DNA of 64,000 nucleotides from Utricularia gibba (taxonomy: Eukaryota > Plantae > Magnoliophyta), in the NCBI GenBank assembly GCA_002189035.1, contig NEEC01000017.1, forward strand, positions 2,418,001-2,482,000. The letters are read 5' to 3'. Of this stretch, positions 1 through 13,712 are shown piece by piece. Positions within the stretch are counted from its first letter, which is position 1. Each line of letters begins with the position of its first letter. A program made the translations under genes and the position numbers. A model generated the notes under the pieces. It saw nothing but the letters and a program-made list of their open reading frames with translations, ran no database searches and had not been told where the DNA came from.

Positions 1-1174
1 ATTTTCTTAACTCAACAAATGTTAATATTTTCCATTTATTTCAAATAAATTATTAATTGAACTATAATACAAAAGGTACCATTTCCAAACAATTATCGAT
101 ACCCTTTTGTGCTCCACACCAAATGTTGCTAATGAGTATAATAAATGTTTCACTGGCTTTTTTTGGATCATTATAATTATTAAAAAATGATAGTCTCAAT
201 TCCAATAAATGATATAAAGAAGTGCAGAACAAATAATTGTCCCTACGTTGACTCCACAAATTAATTTATTAACTAAAAAAAACGAGTACATAAAAGTAAA
301 CGGAGGGGCATTCTCGTCTTCACCTCGACGCGGAAGTACGTGTACCCTTTCCTAAAGGGCTGAATTCATAGGGCCGGTCAACTCTCGAAAAACGTTATAT
401 TATCCATCCGCTTCCTTTATTTATTTATTTATTTATTTTATTTTTAACTATTAAACGTAAGTTAATTAATCACAATAAAAATCAATGTTAAAAAGAAGCT
501 GGGGGAGGGGGTGGCTGCCCCTACATGCACCGCCACTGGTTGGGGTATTTTGAAATCGGAATGGGGGAGACTGGAAAAGTCAAAAGATGGGGAGCATTCA
601 GTATTTGCTTGGTGAGCGGCCTGAGGAAATGGAGGCAGGAGGGTGGGGTCTCGGTTTACCATTCGGTCAAATCAGGGATGAGTATGCGTGCGCATCAGGC
701 CGGCTGATCTGATCTGAGCCCTAGAAATCAACCAACTCGCACTAATTATTGCCCAAGCATATATTCTCGCTACGATCAAGACGGAATCTTAGACTCAGCT
801 GGTTGCGTAACCGCGGCTGCGGGTGGAAAATCAGGCGGAGGTTTCGATGCTTCTCCGCCGATCGTCAAGTGGAGGGACGCGCAGGGGGCGATCGCGGGGA
901 GCAAACGCGTGATTGATGATGGCGCAACTGACAGGAATCATTGATGAAGATGAGGAAGAAGGGCGCGCCTTCAACGACCCATTCATCAAGCACGCTATCA
1001 ATGCGGTTGCATATCCCCAATAATCAAGCTTCAACCACACTAGTTCCAGAGATTCTTTTAAAAAAAATAATAAGAAAATACTTTTAAATTTATAAAACTA
1101 TAATTAAATTATTTGTAAAACGTAATCTAAAAACAAAAAAACTTTATATGTAAAAAATGGATAAGTTTATATGG

Positions 1175-1290
1175 TGGGCTGGGCCTCTCTAATTTGGGCT
1201 GATGGGTTATGGAAAACCCGGCAACTGCAGGGGTCGTGACATGGGCCTCATTGGGTATTATATATACGGTTTGTGGTGGTGTAACCCTAC
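1175..1290 (+). promoter_or_regulatory. Site II (TGGGCY) cluster plus telo-box-like motif upstream of RPP1
   Basis: TGGGCT/TGGGCC at 1175, 1180, 1195 and 1242, and AACCCTA at 1283. This is the typical ribosomal-protein promoter architecture. Confidence 0.55.
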
Positions 1291-1349
1291 GCAATCACCG
1301 ATTCCTGAGCCGCAGCCGAAGAACCGAAATCCTTGATTCAAGATTGAAG

Positions 1350-2099
1350 ATGTCGATCGGCGAAACGGCGTGCACCTACGCTGCTTTGATTCTTCACGAT
1401 GACGGCATCCCGATCACGGTATATTTTGTTCTTTCTTGATTTCTACGCAGTTTGGTATCTGGAGTGTTTTGTGGTTACGTTTCGACCTTCTGTTGTAGGC
1501 GGAGAAGATCGCTACGCTTGTGAAGTCTGCTAATGTGACGGTGGAGTCGTATTGGCCTAGCCTTTTCGCTAAGCTTTGCGAGAAAAGGAACATTGAGGAT
1601 CTTATCCTGAATGTCGGTGCCGGTGGAGGCGGTGCTGCAGTTGCAGTTGCCGCTCCTGTCGGTGGTGCCGCCGCTGGTGGTGCGGCCGCCCCCGCTGCCG
1701 CTGCCGTTGAGGAGAAGAAAGTACGCACTCTCTCGAATGCCGCATTCTTTCTTTATTGGCTTCCATCATACGTTATCGGTTTTTTTTTAGAATTGCATAA
1801 TTTAATAGGCTCCTTTATTGGAAAATACAAGAACGTGTTGTTATGCCTGTGATGGCTCAATGCTTGTTGTTATGCCTGTAATTTTTGCGTAGCTGGGGTT
1901 CGTGTTTTTGAGTTTTAAGAATCGGGTTTGTGCTTTCAGCCTTTTTAAACAGCAGGTGCATTGTTAAATTGTTTGTGGATCACTGAAGATGTATGCTGTG
2001 CATATGCATTGAACTAACATCTGCTTTTGCCGATTCCTTTTCCAGGAAGAGCCCAAGGAGGAGAGTGATGAAGACATGGGCTTCAGCTTGTTTGATTAG
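1350..2099 (+). CDS. RPP1: 60S acidic ribosomal protein P1
   Basis: Exons 1350-1418, 1499-1720 and 2046-2099 with GT-AG introns. Protein [23 protein letters not shown]...Ala/Gly hinge...[17 protein letters not shown], the canonical P-protein C-terminus. Confidence 0.97.
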
Positions 2100-2795
2100 G
2101 AGTTGCTGCAATTACATTAATCTGGTATTTTGGTTGTTATGCTGCTTGGATCTTTAAGCTTCCATGGAGTACGAGTTTTCTTGATTGATGTATCATCATC
2201 AAATTTGAAACTCTCGAGTTACATGCACATCTGGTTTTATGATTTTCGTGGCCACCCAACGGCGTATTCGTGTGTTTTATCACCTCTTCTTGTCAGTAGT
2301 CTTGCCGCTCAGTTGCCCTGATAAACGAAGCCTTCACTGCCCCTAAGTGGAACTGCCCTCTTTCTGCTTCTGAAGTCAATCTCCTTCACAATGTTTTTTT
2401 TGAACCGCATACCGGGCGTACATCCTTGCCAAAAGCACTCTCGTTCGCAAACCTCTCCATGAAATGCGACTTTTCCCTGTGAAGTTGAAATAAGGCCACC
2501 TTTTGTCGTACTCCGACTTGGTTGTAAAATTTCCCGATAACGGTTAATTAATTGATCAAGAAAATGCAGCATCTCGGATTGGCCCCCGATAGGCGTGCAA
2601 GGCATTAAGAAATGAAAAGCAAAAGCCCTGTAGGGGGAGGGTAAAATGGGAATTTGAAGTTTTCAGAAATGCAGAGGCTACGAGGGGTATTATCCGTTTC
2701 TTCTCCCTGTCTCATAAAACCTCACACAGAGGTAAGTGGCCAAACCCTCCGCAGCACTTGATTCTGCAGAAAGCGGCTACGTTTCACTTCCGAGT

Positions 2796-4316
2796 ATGGG
2801 GGAATCTAAGCAAGGGGTTATTGCGGCTGAACCGTCCGGTGGAGTTTTCGGTCAACAAGATCAGAACCCGATTGAATTTGTGCAGGTCAAGTTGAAGGAG
2901 TTGGAGAACGGATTCAGAGTATGGCTTTCGAAGCAGTCTTTGTTTGTTGAGGCGGCGGTCGTCACAGCAACAAGTGCTCTTCAAGGCGGTGCGATTGGTG
3001 GTTTGATGGGAACGCTCACAGGTGATATGAATTCGATGCTTACCCCCCGCCTAACGGTGCGGGTCTCAATCCGGATGCTGTTGCGTCGCTTCAACAAGCC
3101 AAGGTCTGTGTTTCCTTATCTTCGCGACTCTTTGGAGGGCTAGTTGTTCATAGCTTTGATGGGTTGTTGTTTCTACCGACTTATTTTTGTTTTGCTGGTT
3201 AACAGGCTCTTGCTGGAGGGCCTTTGATTCAAGCTCGCAACTTTGCTGTGATGACGGGTACCAATGCTGGTATTTCATGTGTCTTGAAAAGATTGAGAGG
3301 CAAGGAAGACGTTCAATCCAGGTTTGTTACATTTTCAAGACGATACTAGCTTATATTTTCATTGAAAATTAGCTTTTGTTTGTTGAATTGCGGTGTGTAC
3401 GAATATCAAGATACAAGCTTTTATGTCGTAGAACATAGTATTACCAGATTTGGTACAGCACCTCAACGAACAGTTCATAGACTGACATAAAAAATGAAGG
3501 TGAAGGCTAGAGTCTAACGCATTTGATGCATCTATTTTCAATTCTGCCCCCTTTCCTCAGGGATTTTATGGATATTTCAAAGTGAAAAAATTTATATGAC
3601 ATTCTGCCTTTCGTTTCTAAAACTACTCCCGTTGGGGTTCTTGCTTGATTCCAGCTCATCTCAATTGTTGTTTTTTTTTGTATATTGTTGCTGACTGTCA
3701 CTTGGTTATCCAGCATGGCTGCAGCTTTTGGCTCAGGCGCCATGTTTTCGTTGGTGAGTGGTATGGGAGGACCCAATGTTGCACTGAACGCTGCTAGCTC
3801 TGGCCTTTTCTTTGCACTTGTTCAAGGTGGGATTTACCAGGTAGGTTTTAACCACCATGCTTATTTCCTCATCGCGATATCCACAACCAATGAGTTCCTC
3901 ATGGTCGTTTACTCTCTGTGAATAATGCAGTTGGGTCAGAAGTTCTCTCAGCCACCAGTCGAAGATGTGCACTACGTAAAAACTAGAACAATGCTGAGCA
4001 GCCTCGGTTTGCAAAAGTACGAGAAGAATTTCAAAAAGGGGATGCTGGATGACACCACCCTGCCACTGTTGACCGATAAGTAAGTATTGCCCCTTGCTAA
4101 TTCCATACACCTTCATTGTATCCTTGAAACGAATTCGTGTAACATGTTCTCAGTGCTCTGAGGGATGTCAACATACCCCCTGGACCCAGACTCATCATTC
4201 TTGACCACATTGGAAGGTAAACACTCGTATTGTTTCCTCATATTCAGGAACCTTCCAGTGCTGTCAAACGTGTTGGAATTGGTTCTTGCAGGGACAGCAT
4301 CCTCAAGGGACAATAG
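2796..4316 (+). CDS. HP30-2: Tim17/Tim22 (PRAT) family protein with C-terminal SAM domain, HP30/TRIC type
   Basis: Exons 2796-3103, 3206-3321, 3714-3840, 3931-4079, 4154-4216 and 4292-4316. Motifs GGPLIQARNFAVMTG and LGLQKYEKNFKKG...IPPGPRLIILDH. Needs +1 nt in the C6 run at 3043-3048 to read PPNGAGLNPDAVASLQQAK. Confidence 0.9.
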
Positions 4317-4838
4317 AACTAGAAGGACACCCTGAGGGGACAGGATGCTCTGAGTTTCCCAGCCAAGGCCCGCAGCAGTTAACTTTTATTATTCTATACG
4401 ATTTCTATCATTGGCACTGAAGCAAACACTACATTCAGTTTTGTCTTTTGATCATATGCTGACTAAGTGGTCTCTTTTGCTACTCCGTTTTCATGGTGCA
4501 AGCTGTGCTTTCTAATCCTGCCCACAAACCGTACCCGGCCCTAGTGGATGGTGTTCCAAAAAAAAAAAGGAATTCCAACTTCTTTTTTGTGTGGATGGTG
4601 TTCCTGCTGAATAGGAAATATGAACAAAATGGATCTGCCAAGTGCCACCAACTCCACCCTTGACGCTTCGGTAGTCGCTTGGTTTCCAACTCCTCTTCCA
4701 TCTTCACACACAGAACCTCCCTCACATTTCCTGTTGTCATCCCAACAAAAAAATACCACCACTATTTCCTTGTACGCGAGGCTGATGAAAGCGCACTCCT
4801 CTTCTCAGGGCAATGCCAAACTCAAACAGAAGAACACC

Positions 4839-6012
4839 ATGAGAATGATGTGCCCGAATTTCGATCGGGACGATGCCTTGGAAACGGTCCTGGAGATTCC
4901 CATACCGGAGGAGATGTTCGCCGGTCTCGGCAACAGTGCAGCCCTTCGCTGGCACAACATGGCGACGTGGATGAAGGCGCAGACCCCTGATAAATGGTCA
5001 TCGCCAATCATAGCTGGTAGATACAATGAGATGAGTTTCATTCTCTACATCGTGGGTTCCCCTGTTCTGCCTTTTCAAATTCAAGTTGATCGATGCATCC
5101 AACGCCCTGTCAGAAATTCATCCATTGTAAGTTCTTCCATTTAATCCAATTGCTGTCTGTGCCTCATCGGTCGCTTCGATTTAGCGACGATTTTGGGTGT
5201 AGGAAGCTTCAACGGCGAAGTACATTGTTCAACAATACATTGCAGCCACGGGAGGACAGCCGGCGCTGAACGCCGTCCATGCCATGTGCGTGGTGGGAAG
5301 TGTGAAGATCAGTGGATCCGAGTTTCATCAGGGCAACGAAAACGTGAAAGTGCGAAGTAATCAAGACGCCGGAGGTTTCGTTCTCTGGCAGAAGAATCCG
5401 GACCTGTGGTGCCTGGAGTTTCTAATTGCCGGCTGCAAAGTCATCTCCGGGAGCAACGGCAGAATCTCATGGCGACAGTCTTCCAATCAACAAAGACCCA
5501 TTTCGAAAGGCCCCCCACGTTCCCTCCGCCGCTTCCTACAAGGCCTGGATCCACGCGCCACCGCAAATCTGTTCATCGATGCGGTCTGCATCGGGGAAAA
5601 GATCATCAACGACGAAGATTGCTTCATCCTGAAACTGGAAACGAGCCCTGCCATGCGCGAAGCCCAAAGCGGCCCCAAATACGACATAATTCATCACACG
5701 ATATGGGGATACTTCAGCCAGCGATCTGGGTTGCTGGTGAGATTTGACGACTCGAGGCTAATTTCAGTGAAAACGAGCAAGGAGGACGGAGACGTGTTCT
5801 GGGAATCGAGCACGGAGTCGGTGATCGAGGAGTACAAATACGTGGATGGGGTGAACATTGCGCACGGCGGGAAGACAGTGTTTACGGTGATGAGGTACGG
5901 GGAGCAGTCGGCGAATCACAAGAGGGAGTCCGTGGAGACGTGGAAGCTGGAGGAGGTGGATTTCAATGTCGCTGGATTGAAGCCCCACTTCTTCATGCCT
6001 CCCTCAGGTTGA
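4839..6012 (+). CDS. DUF620 family protein
   Basis: Exons 4839-5126 and 5203-6012. Motifs MRMMCPNFDRDDALETVLEIPIPEE, AKYIVQQYIAATGG, GGFVLWQKNPDLW, WGYFSQRSGLLV. Confidence 0.9.
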
Positions 6013-6486
6013 CTGCACCAATACGTTCAGGTCACCTTTGTACAGTACATACAGTTGCACCAGGATGACGACGATCAGTTATTTTTTTACCCTTTACTAT
6101 ATTTTTTTTAGTATTTTAAAAAAGAATATATTATAATTTAAAATGAAATACCTTAAACCTTGAATTTATTTAACATTGAGAAACAATAATTGAGGAAAAA
6201 ATTTAGTTAAATTTATAGTCGTTCGTCGGTGGGCGCCACAAAAGGCATCTTCTTTTCATATGCAATCTCGATAAATTTATTTGAGAGCCATGTGCGAGAA
6301 TACACTTTTGTTGTTTGTAAGGGGGTGATTGCAGCCACTGCCAACCAATCACACAGTACTCGGGATACATCATTCAGAGAATTACCTAGTTTTTCCATAG
6401 GATCATTGGTCTCCCCCCAAACTTAGGATATTTTTTAGAGGACAGACACGGTCGACATGGCCTTTGAGCGAACAGTAGGAGCAGCT

Positions 6487-6775
6487 GGCATATCAATCCA
6501 GGCCGCTCGAACCATGCCCGACCCGTAAGCTCTTATCAAATGCGGGCCGCTCGACCCATGTCCTGCCCGTAAGCCCATATCAAATGCGGCCAGTTGGACC
6601 ATGTGCGGCCCGTAAGCCCGTATCAAATATGGGCCGATCGAACCATGTCCAGCCCGTTCGTAAGCCCGTATCAAGTGCAGCGAATCAGGCCATATGCGGC
6701 CCATAAGCCCATATAAAATTGGGCCCCATCGTACGATTACCGGCCCTTAAGCCCGTATTAAATATGGGGCCCATA
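6487..6775. repeat. Degenerate 43-44 bp minisatellite, about 6.5 units
   Basis: Core CCCGTAAGCCCGTATCAAAT recurs at 6522, 6566, 6609, 6653, 6700 and 6744, with a partial unit from 6487. Confidence 0.85.
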
Positions 6776-6967
6776 TTTCATTTAAGCGCGCCCTGTGAAG
6801 TTGGGTCAGTCCCAGCCCGCACAAGTCCTCAGGCAGTAGATACGCTTCAAAAGTGTGTCAGCCTTGACAAGTTTGCCGATTAGACACGGGTGCTTATACA
6901 AGTAGACAGACATTTCTCGTAGCAACACAAGTAGTGAAGGAACACAGAGTGAGTCCCATATGATCTC

Positions 6968-7754
6968 TCAACTCAATGTTTGATTCATGATGAGGAAGAT
7001 TTCGCCGCCTGAGTACAAAATGCCATCCAGGAATTCCCGAAGCTCCTCTGTGTTCTCGAATGGTCGAGGATCAGACAAGTCGCTATCTAAATTGTACCAA
7101 AATGAGCCAATTTTCCTCAAGGCGATCCAGTGCCTCCCTTTCCAAAGGCCTCTGTATCTCCTCACGAGGACATTGAGAACAATGCCAAATAATTTGCTAT
7201 CCTTCTCGTCTTCGAGATTTATAGACGAACAACCAACCCGCTTATCATGCCAAGTCACAGATTTACCTCTCCCTTGGACTGCAGCGATGAGGACATTGAC
7301 ATCATAATTCCCTGTGAGCTCATTGTGATGGGGTTTAAAAATGAGGGACACCGGGTTCCAAGTAGCTTCGCTCGGGCTCTCGTGATCAAGCTTGATGGAA
7401 ATATCATTCAGACTTGACCGAGTGAATGCACCATTCTCCTGAATCACCAAATACACTGATCAATTTCAGATGTTTGGGGTTGAAGAAAAAATGACCCTGT
7501 GAACGGAAAATATCTCTTTGATCAACAATTTATATCACAAATAAAGGAGTGAGGATTTCCTCAAAGTCCATGAACAATGGTGACTGCCTCAGTTTGCAGA
7601 AATAAACACAAGGACAAGAAGAGGAGTCTGAAGGGGTTATCATGCGCAATTAGTGGTCAGGAAATCCTACCTGGAATAAGTTGTTGAGGGTATGCAACAG
7701 GCAGAATTGTAGCTTTTGCCTCTCGTGATAGACGACTTTGTGTTCACCAGCCAT
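6968..7754 (-). CDS. JOSL: Josephin-like deubiquitinase
   Basis: Exons 7754-7671 and 7438-6968. Motifs YHERQKLQFCLLHTLNNLFQ (catalytic Cys), GNYDVNVL, RHWIALRKIGSFWYNLDS (His/Asp). Confidence 0.93.
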
Positions 7755-9070
7755 CGTTAATCTGGGAACCTGAGAGGAGCACGAAGGGTTAATTCCATCA
7801 GAATCACACATTCAACAAGCTTTTCCATGAGAAAGTGACAAGCAAATTTAAGAATTAGAAGTGTTTCAGATAAACCAAGTGTACAGACCAAGGACTAAAG
7901 TTGCTTCCAGAGTAGCCGTGAAAACATCTTGAACTGGGTAACACAGGCAGTATAAGTAGCGACAGAAATTGCATCAAGGATAATTGAAACAACATATGAA
8001 CTTCAACAAAAGATCGCTGCCAAAGATTAGGGCTGAAGAATGAAAAACTAACACTCGCCCATAATCAGACGCTTTCACTCAAGGGATCACACAATTCCTA
8101 GAGGATAATCTCCTAAGAAGTACACCTATGCGTCGAATTGAACTTTCCCAGCGGAAAAAAGATGATTGAAACATCGGAAGAAAGAAAGAACGAAAGAAGT
8201 CAATGCTAGTTTAGCGGCAAGGCCCGTCCCAGCGTGCCAGTCTGATTCGCATTTAACAGCTACAAACAAAAAGATTCCTACCTGGAAATGAGACGTCGCT
8301 TCGTTTGCAGGATGAATGCGAAAATTGCGCTTAGAGGTCGCGTCTATGAGGAGTTTCTAAGTAGAGGAGATGCGTGCCGCCAATCTTCATCTTCAGTGGC
8401 TGCATCCATGTTTCTTGGCCGCCATCTGTCAAGAGAATGGGACAACGAAGTTTGGCCATATTCAGTGCTATCTTCAGAATTTCAGAAATAAAATTATTTT
8501 AAATTGAAGTATCAGATCTTGGATTTCCATAAATCAAACCCTCTAACCTAATCACACAGAAAGACTGTAACAGGGAATGAAATGCAGTGTTTATTCAATA
8601 AAAAATGCAGATGATAAACCATCTGTCAAAATGAAGAGGTGGGTGCCGGAAAAAACATAGGCTTGGATGAAATATGAGTTACCGGGGTCAAAGTTCTTGT
8701 CTTTCCTGTTGTCCTGCATCTCCTTGCCCTATGTGGATCACCATCTTTCCTGCAGTAGAAAGTCATCATTTCCAAGTTGGTCCGGTCCGCTAGCGGTTAC
8801 ACCTTTGGAACCATTGTTGGTCAAGCAGTTACCTCTGAAATTGCTTTATGCTAAAGAACGAAGCAGTGAGCAAGCTTTATTCAAGTACCATAGATCAGCA
8901 ACGAAGTTTCTGTTACAGTTTACTGGATAAGCAGACAGAGAATCAGATACTCTGGGTTCGATGATGAGATAAGGAAGAACTGCCAAGTTTGTTACGCTTT
9001 CGCAGTTCAAAAAAATGGATCCACTGTAAGGATAAAAGAAGATGCCATTCAAGGTTTATGTACAAAGGGA

Positions 9071-10951
9071 ATGGCACCTTGGGATATCCTGAGAGCTCTC
9101 GTCAACGGGAAGACATGGGCTTACTGCGTCGTGTGGAAACTCGGGGACGATCCTTCCAGGTTTATAAACCTTTACCGAAGAAATGAATTCTTCTTTCCCT
9201 TTCATGGTGTTCTTCATCTGCGTCAATTTTTTTTTTTTTTTTTTTTTTGCAGGTTTATAGAGTGGAGTGCATGTCTGTGTAACGGTGGAAGCGTTCGAAC
9301 GAAAGATGAGAATTTACCTGAGAAGCACAAAATTGCTGAATGCAAGGATGGCACGGTTAAGCATTTAATGACAACTCAGGCCTGCGAGAAACTTTCCCAG
9401 TTACCACCTGCTATTCCCTTGTACTCCGGGTAAAAAGAAAACCAGTTCCAAAACATACATATGCATGCACCATAGACATCTATAGCCTTCGGTAGAAAGC
9501 AGGGAAGGTTGTTATTCAGATTTTTGAAAAGTAAAGATTTACTTGAACGGTTAAATTCTCAACCAGGGTTCATGGAGATGTAGTCATATCAAAGCAGCCA
9601 AGGTGGTGTTCAGGAAACGTAAGCAGCAACAAAATGTGCTTACCTTCTCTTGATTTATTTTTCACAGTTCTCTTCTAAATGCTCCTTCATTCAGGAGACA
9701 CATGGAACCCAAGTCCTCATTCCAGTACCCGGTGGCCTGATAGAACTCTACAGCACAAAACGTGTAAGACGACCGCATCTCATGATACAATTCGAAGTAC
9801 TAGCTTCATTTATTTCATAGATAACCAATGTGAAATCTCTAGGTTCCAAAAGATGAAAATATGATAGCCTGTATTACGAATGCCTTCGCTTTCTCACCTG
9901 CACAAGAAAACATGATACCTGAAGATCAAGAAAAGAGGATTCCCTCGTCATTGCTCTGCAATTTGTCTTATAAGCAGAGAAACTACTCCAGTCTCGAAGA
10001 CTCACCAGCTTGTTCTGGTTTATCATCTGACCATCTGTTGCTTAAGCTAGTTCCCAATCACAGCATTGATAGCCCCTCATCTTTGCCTGCAAAATCAGGC
10101 TGTGAAGAATATGCAGATTCATCAAAAGGCAAGAGTGAAGAAACATATCCAAACAGGAATGATGATAATTCAAGGATCAAGCGCCGATTTGAGAAGGGAC
10201 CATATAAGTCGAAAAATCTCATGACAGAGAGAAACCGACGAAAACGGATCAATGATGGGATGCTTGCTCTTCGTGCTCTAGTGCCGAAGATTTCCAAGGT
10301 TCCAAAATTTCAACTTGTTGAAACCACATATCATCTCCTTAATCCTTCACATAATTTTCCTCAAATAGATGGACAGAGCCTCTACGCTGGGTGATGCAGC
10401 TAATTATATCAAGGAGCTGGAGCAAACAATCAAGATTCATCTTGAACAGCTCAAAGCAGTAGAAGAAGGGACAAATCATTTTACACCGAATACCATTAAC
10501 TTCAACACTGCCTTAACAAGAATCAAAAGCACGGAAGATCAAACAACAACAGAAGAGGTAACCTTATGCTAGATCTTCCGATCTTTCTTCATCACACAAA
10601 CATGTCTAAAAACGGGCATTTCTAGGTCCAAGTTGAGGTCAGCCAGTTGGGGACAAAAACATACTTGGTTAAACTAATATGTAGACATAAACGAGGGAGC
10701 TTTTCAAGATTGATGGAAGGCATGGATTGCTTAGGGATAAACGTTGTAAATGCAAATGTTACCACATGCAATGGATCATCTCTGTGCCTTCTCGTAGTAG
10801 AGGTTTGTACACATAAAAACAAAAGGCATAAAATCTGAAAAAACTTTTATCTCTTTCAATATTTTCCTTCTTGCAGGGAAATGCATCGAAGGCAGAAACT
10901 CCTTCAAGCCTAAGGCATTCATTGGTCCATTTGGTGGGCAGCATTTCATAA
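9071..10951 (+). CDS. bHLH transcription factor, bHLH90/AMS-like (MYC_N + bHLH + ACT-like domain)
   Basis: Exons 9071-9159, 9253-9429, 9567-9618, 9695-9763, 9843-10298, 10369-10557, 10626-10802 and 10877-10951. Motifs WAYCVVWKLGDDPSRFIEW and [49 protein letters not shown]. Confidence 0.88.
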
Positions 10952-11115
10952 AATTGTGTTTTCTTGCTACGCTCCTGTCTCATTATTCCTGAAACATTAT
11001 TCTCATTTTTATAAGATAAACCATTGGAATGTCTTACAAGGGGACAATTTGTAAACATTTAGAACTATTCATGGATAGAACCTACCGCTGAGGCCTGCAA
11101 CTCAGCTAGCATCTC

Positions 11116-12552
11116 TTAATCCTCGTCTGATTCAGAAAGGTATTTCCTGACATCAAAAGGTTCCCTATTCGATCTTCGGTTCCCCATCTCAGGACACATT
11201 TGCTCATTCATCGGTGCAAACGCTGCATGAAGATTATGATAACTGGAATCAAGAGCAACACAAGCAGCCAAATAATTAAAACTAAAAACATTTTGATAGA
11301 GAAATCCCAAGATTCACAAGGCCGCCAACTAGCTCTTTCAAAGTGGTATCTCACTGATGGCTGCCCCCCCCCCCGGGAAGGGGCCCTCTTCGGTTCATAA
11401 CTATTTCAAAAAGATGAGAAAGTAGAAGCCAGTCGATTAAACTGACCTCTCTCCCTCATTCTTTTATCCCTCTCGTATTCAAATCTGTCACGCAGAAGGT
11501 TAACCCTTTCCCGGTTATCCTGCATCAAAAGTTACTCAGGTAGAGTGAATGTAAGCAAAAGAACCATGATGTTAACACTTTTCTTGTTCGGTGTCCTTTT
11601 TTATTTTTCGCCAATACCACATGCTCAAATTTCTGTGTGTTAAGGTGGAGGGATATAAAAAGCTAGTTAGAAGCTCATTACCTTCAATTGCTCAGGCTGG
11701 GTTTGTCTTGACCTGCATTAACAGAATCATCAGTTTGTCCTGCTTGTATTAATAGCGACAACAACGCCATCAGCTTCCTAGTAAATAAAATGCATGGAAC
11801 AAAACAAGACGGATCCTTTTGGATGTGGAATATCATACATGATACATGAAGATTAACAACTCAGTGTCTGCTTAGCACGCACAGATCAAGGAAATAAATT
11901 CCAACCTGTATGGATTGAAATTCTCATCATCCTCCTCAGCAGATTCATAGTTTTGACGGTCATGAGCCAGTTTCTTGGAATAACCATCATCCCAGTACAA
12001 CTTTTCCCAAGTCTCTCTAAGTTCATTATAAAGTTCCATATATCTTCTACACCATGTTTCATGGTCCTTCGACATGAAACGAAATAGCTTAGAATACAGA
12101 AATACCACAAGGAAAAAAGTCGACTAGATTCGCAAGTGAAAACCAACAAATTCAGTAATCATATTTCTGTTTCTCCTTCAATGTCTATACTACCACCGTG
12201 AACTGTAAGAAAATTAGAGCAATTAGCAACTAACCGATTCTTTAAGAACGAGGCGAGTACGACGCATAAACTGCTCTCGGAGCTGTTTCCGCCGTCTATT
12301 GGGAATGTTATCCCTAGGTATCACAAACCGTTCCCGCAGAGGAACATTCTCCCCTATTTCATGCATTTCCCCATCCACCACCCACCACTCCGACTTCTCA
12401 TCAGGTTTCCTCAAAATCGCCGATGGAGAGAACTTGGAACGGCGGCGAGCACTCGGCGCGGATGAAGCAGCATCGGGCCCTGTTCTGACAGAACGAAACT
12501 GGGAAGTAGAAAGCGGATGCGCGCGAAAAGCTCCTCTCGCCAGAGAAAACAT
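11116..12552 (-). CDS. Uncharacterized, probably organelle-targeted protein (about 230 aa)
   Basis: Exons 12552-12235, 12066-11906, 11712-11682, 11519-11447 and 11222-11116 splice in frame. Arg/Ser/Ala-rich presequence-like N-terminus, then RRKQLREQFMRRTRLVLK and YMELYNELRETWEKLYWDDGY. Confidence 0.75.
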
Positions 12553-13712
12553 GGATGGAGCCAATCGGGCGCTAGAAGTGATGCGTAGGGGTTTAAGGTG
12601 CAAGGTAACGGAAATGGGTTCAAAATATAAAATTGTGAAAATAAATGGATGCAATTGCAAAGGGCTTATTGTTTGAGCCGCAAAATGTAAAATTAGGAAC
12701 CAATAGGATACAATTGCAGGGGCTTGTTGTTTGTGCATGCTTCTGCTTAGCAAACAAAACAGCTGCACGGAGTTCAGAAGGCATCTGCAAATGGACACCC
12801 TTAGACCTATGGTTCCAAAGGGAGCTTTCAAGCAAATAATAAACAAGAGATTTCTTTGAATACGCCGAAAGAAACACTTTTTGAAACGTTTAACACCCCC
12901 CTTTTGCCATCAAATATTACCTTGTCGTCTTCCCCTTCTTATGCGTTGCTGGAATGAACCCCAGTTCAAGATCAAGACTAATTTGCTCAAAGCTGTCAGC
13001 AGGAGGCTTGAGTGAGCCTGCTGTCTCCAAAGAGCACAAGGCACTTAAAGATGAACACAAACGCTAAGCCCGAGATGGAAAGGGGAGCGAAATGATATGC
13101 TGTTTTATCCACATTGGTAGTCAGATCGTACCCTGGATATGATGAGAAGTACCAACTCGACGTGCACTTCACTGTCTAGCACACCGTCTTTTCATGTGCG
13201 CAAACTCAGTCATTGTTAACCAGTGCAAAGGTATCAGCTGCGGGATCGAGTAGTTCCCCCTGGCCCTAAAGCTGTAATAAAACACTAGACAGTAAGAGCA
13301 AAGATCCAAAAGGGAACAAATTACCTTGGAAACAAGACATAACATCTCACTCATCTGGTTCTCTCTGCTCTTTACACCTTGCTGGCTTGCAGCATTCACA
13401 AATTCCAAAATCAGGATCCTACTGGATGAGCACCATATTTAACATAAAATCCTTTCAAAGGAAATTACCTAGATCAAGGCTGTGAGCTTGATGAAGAGGC
13501 TATTTCTATTCAATGAAAAATTCGAGTTCATAACAGCTAGATTTTCTAAACAAAGATTCCACCAGGGCATCACTAACGAGGTCATATGGAGAGATCATAC
13601 TTCCCTTTATCGACTAGATTTTATGTTATGCATCTTCTACAACTTTGATTTCAGCATCCCAATACACATCCACAGTGGCATAACTTGAAAACATATCTAC
13701 AGTGGCATAATT

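Noticed and set aside
525-1040. GC-rich segment with short ORFs upstream of RPP1
   Set aside because: No frame gave a recognisable domain, peptide-hormone motif or convincing splice model.
6487-6775. CRISPR-like repeat-spacer pattern
   Set aside because: The context is eukaryotic, the variable halves are homologous to each other rather than unique spacers, and there are no cas genes.
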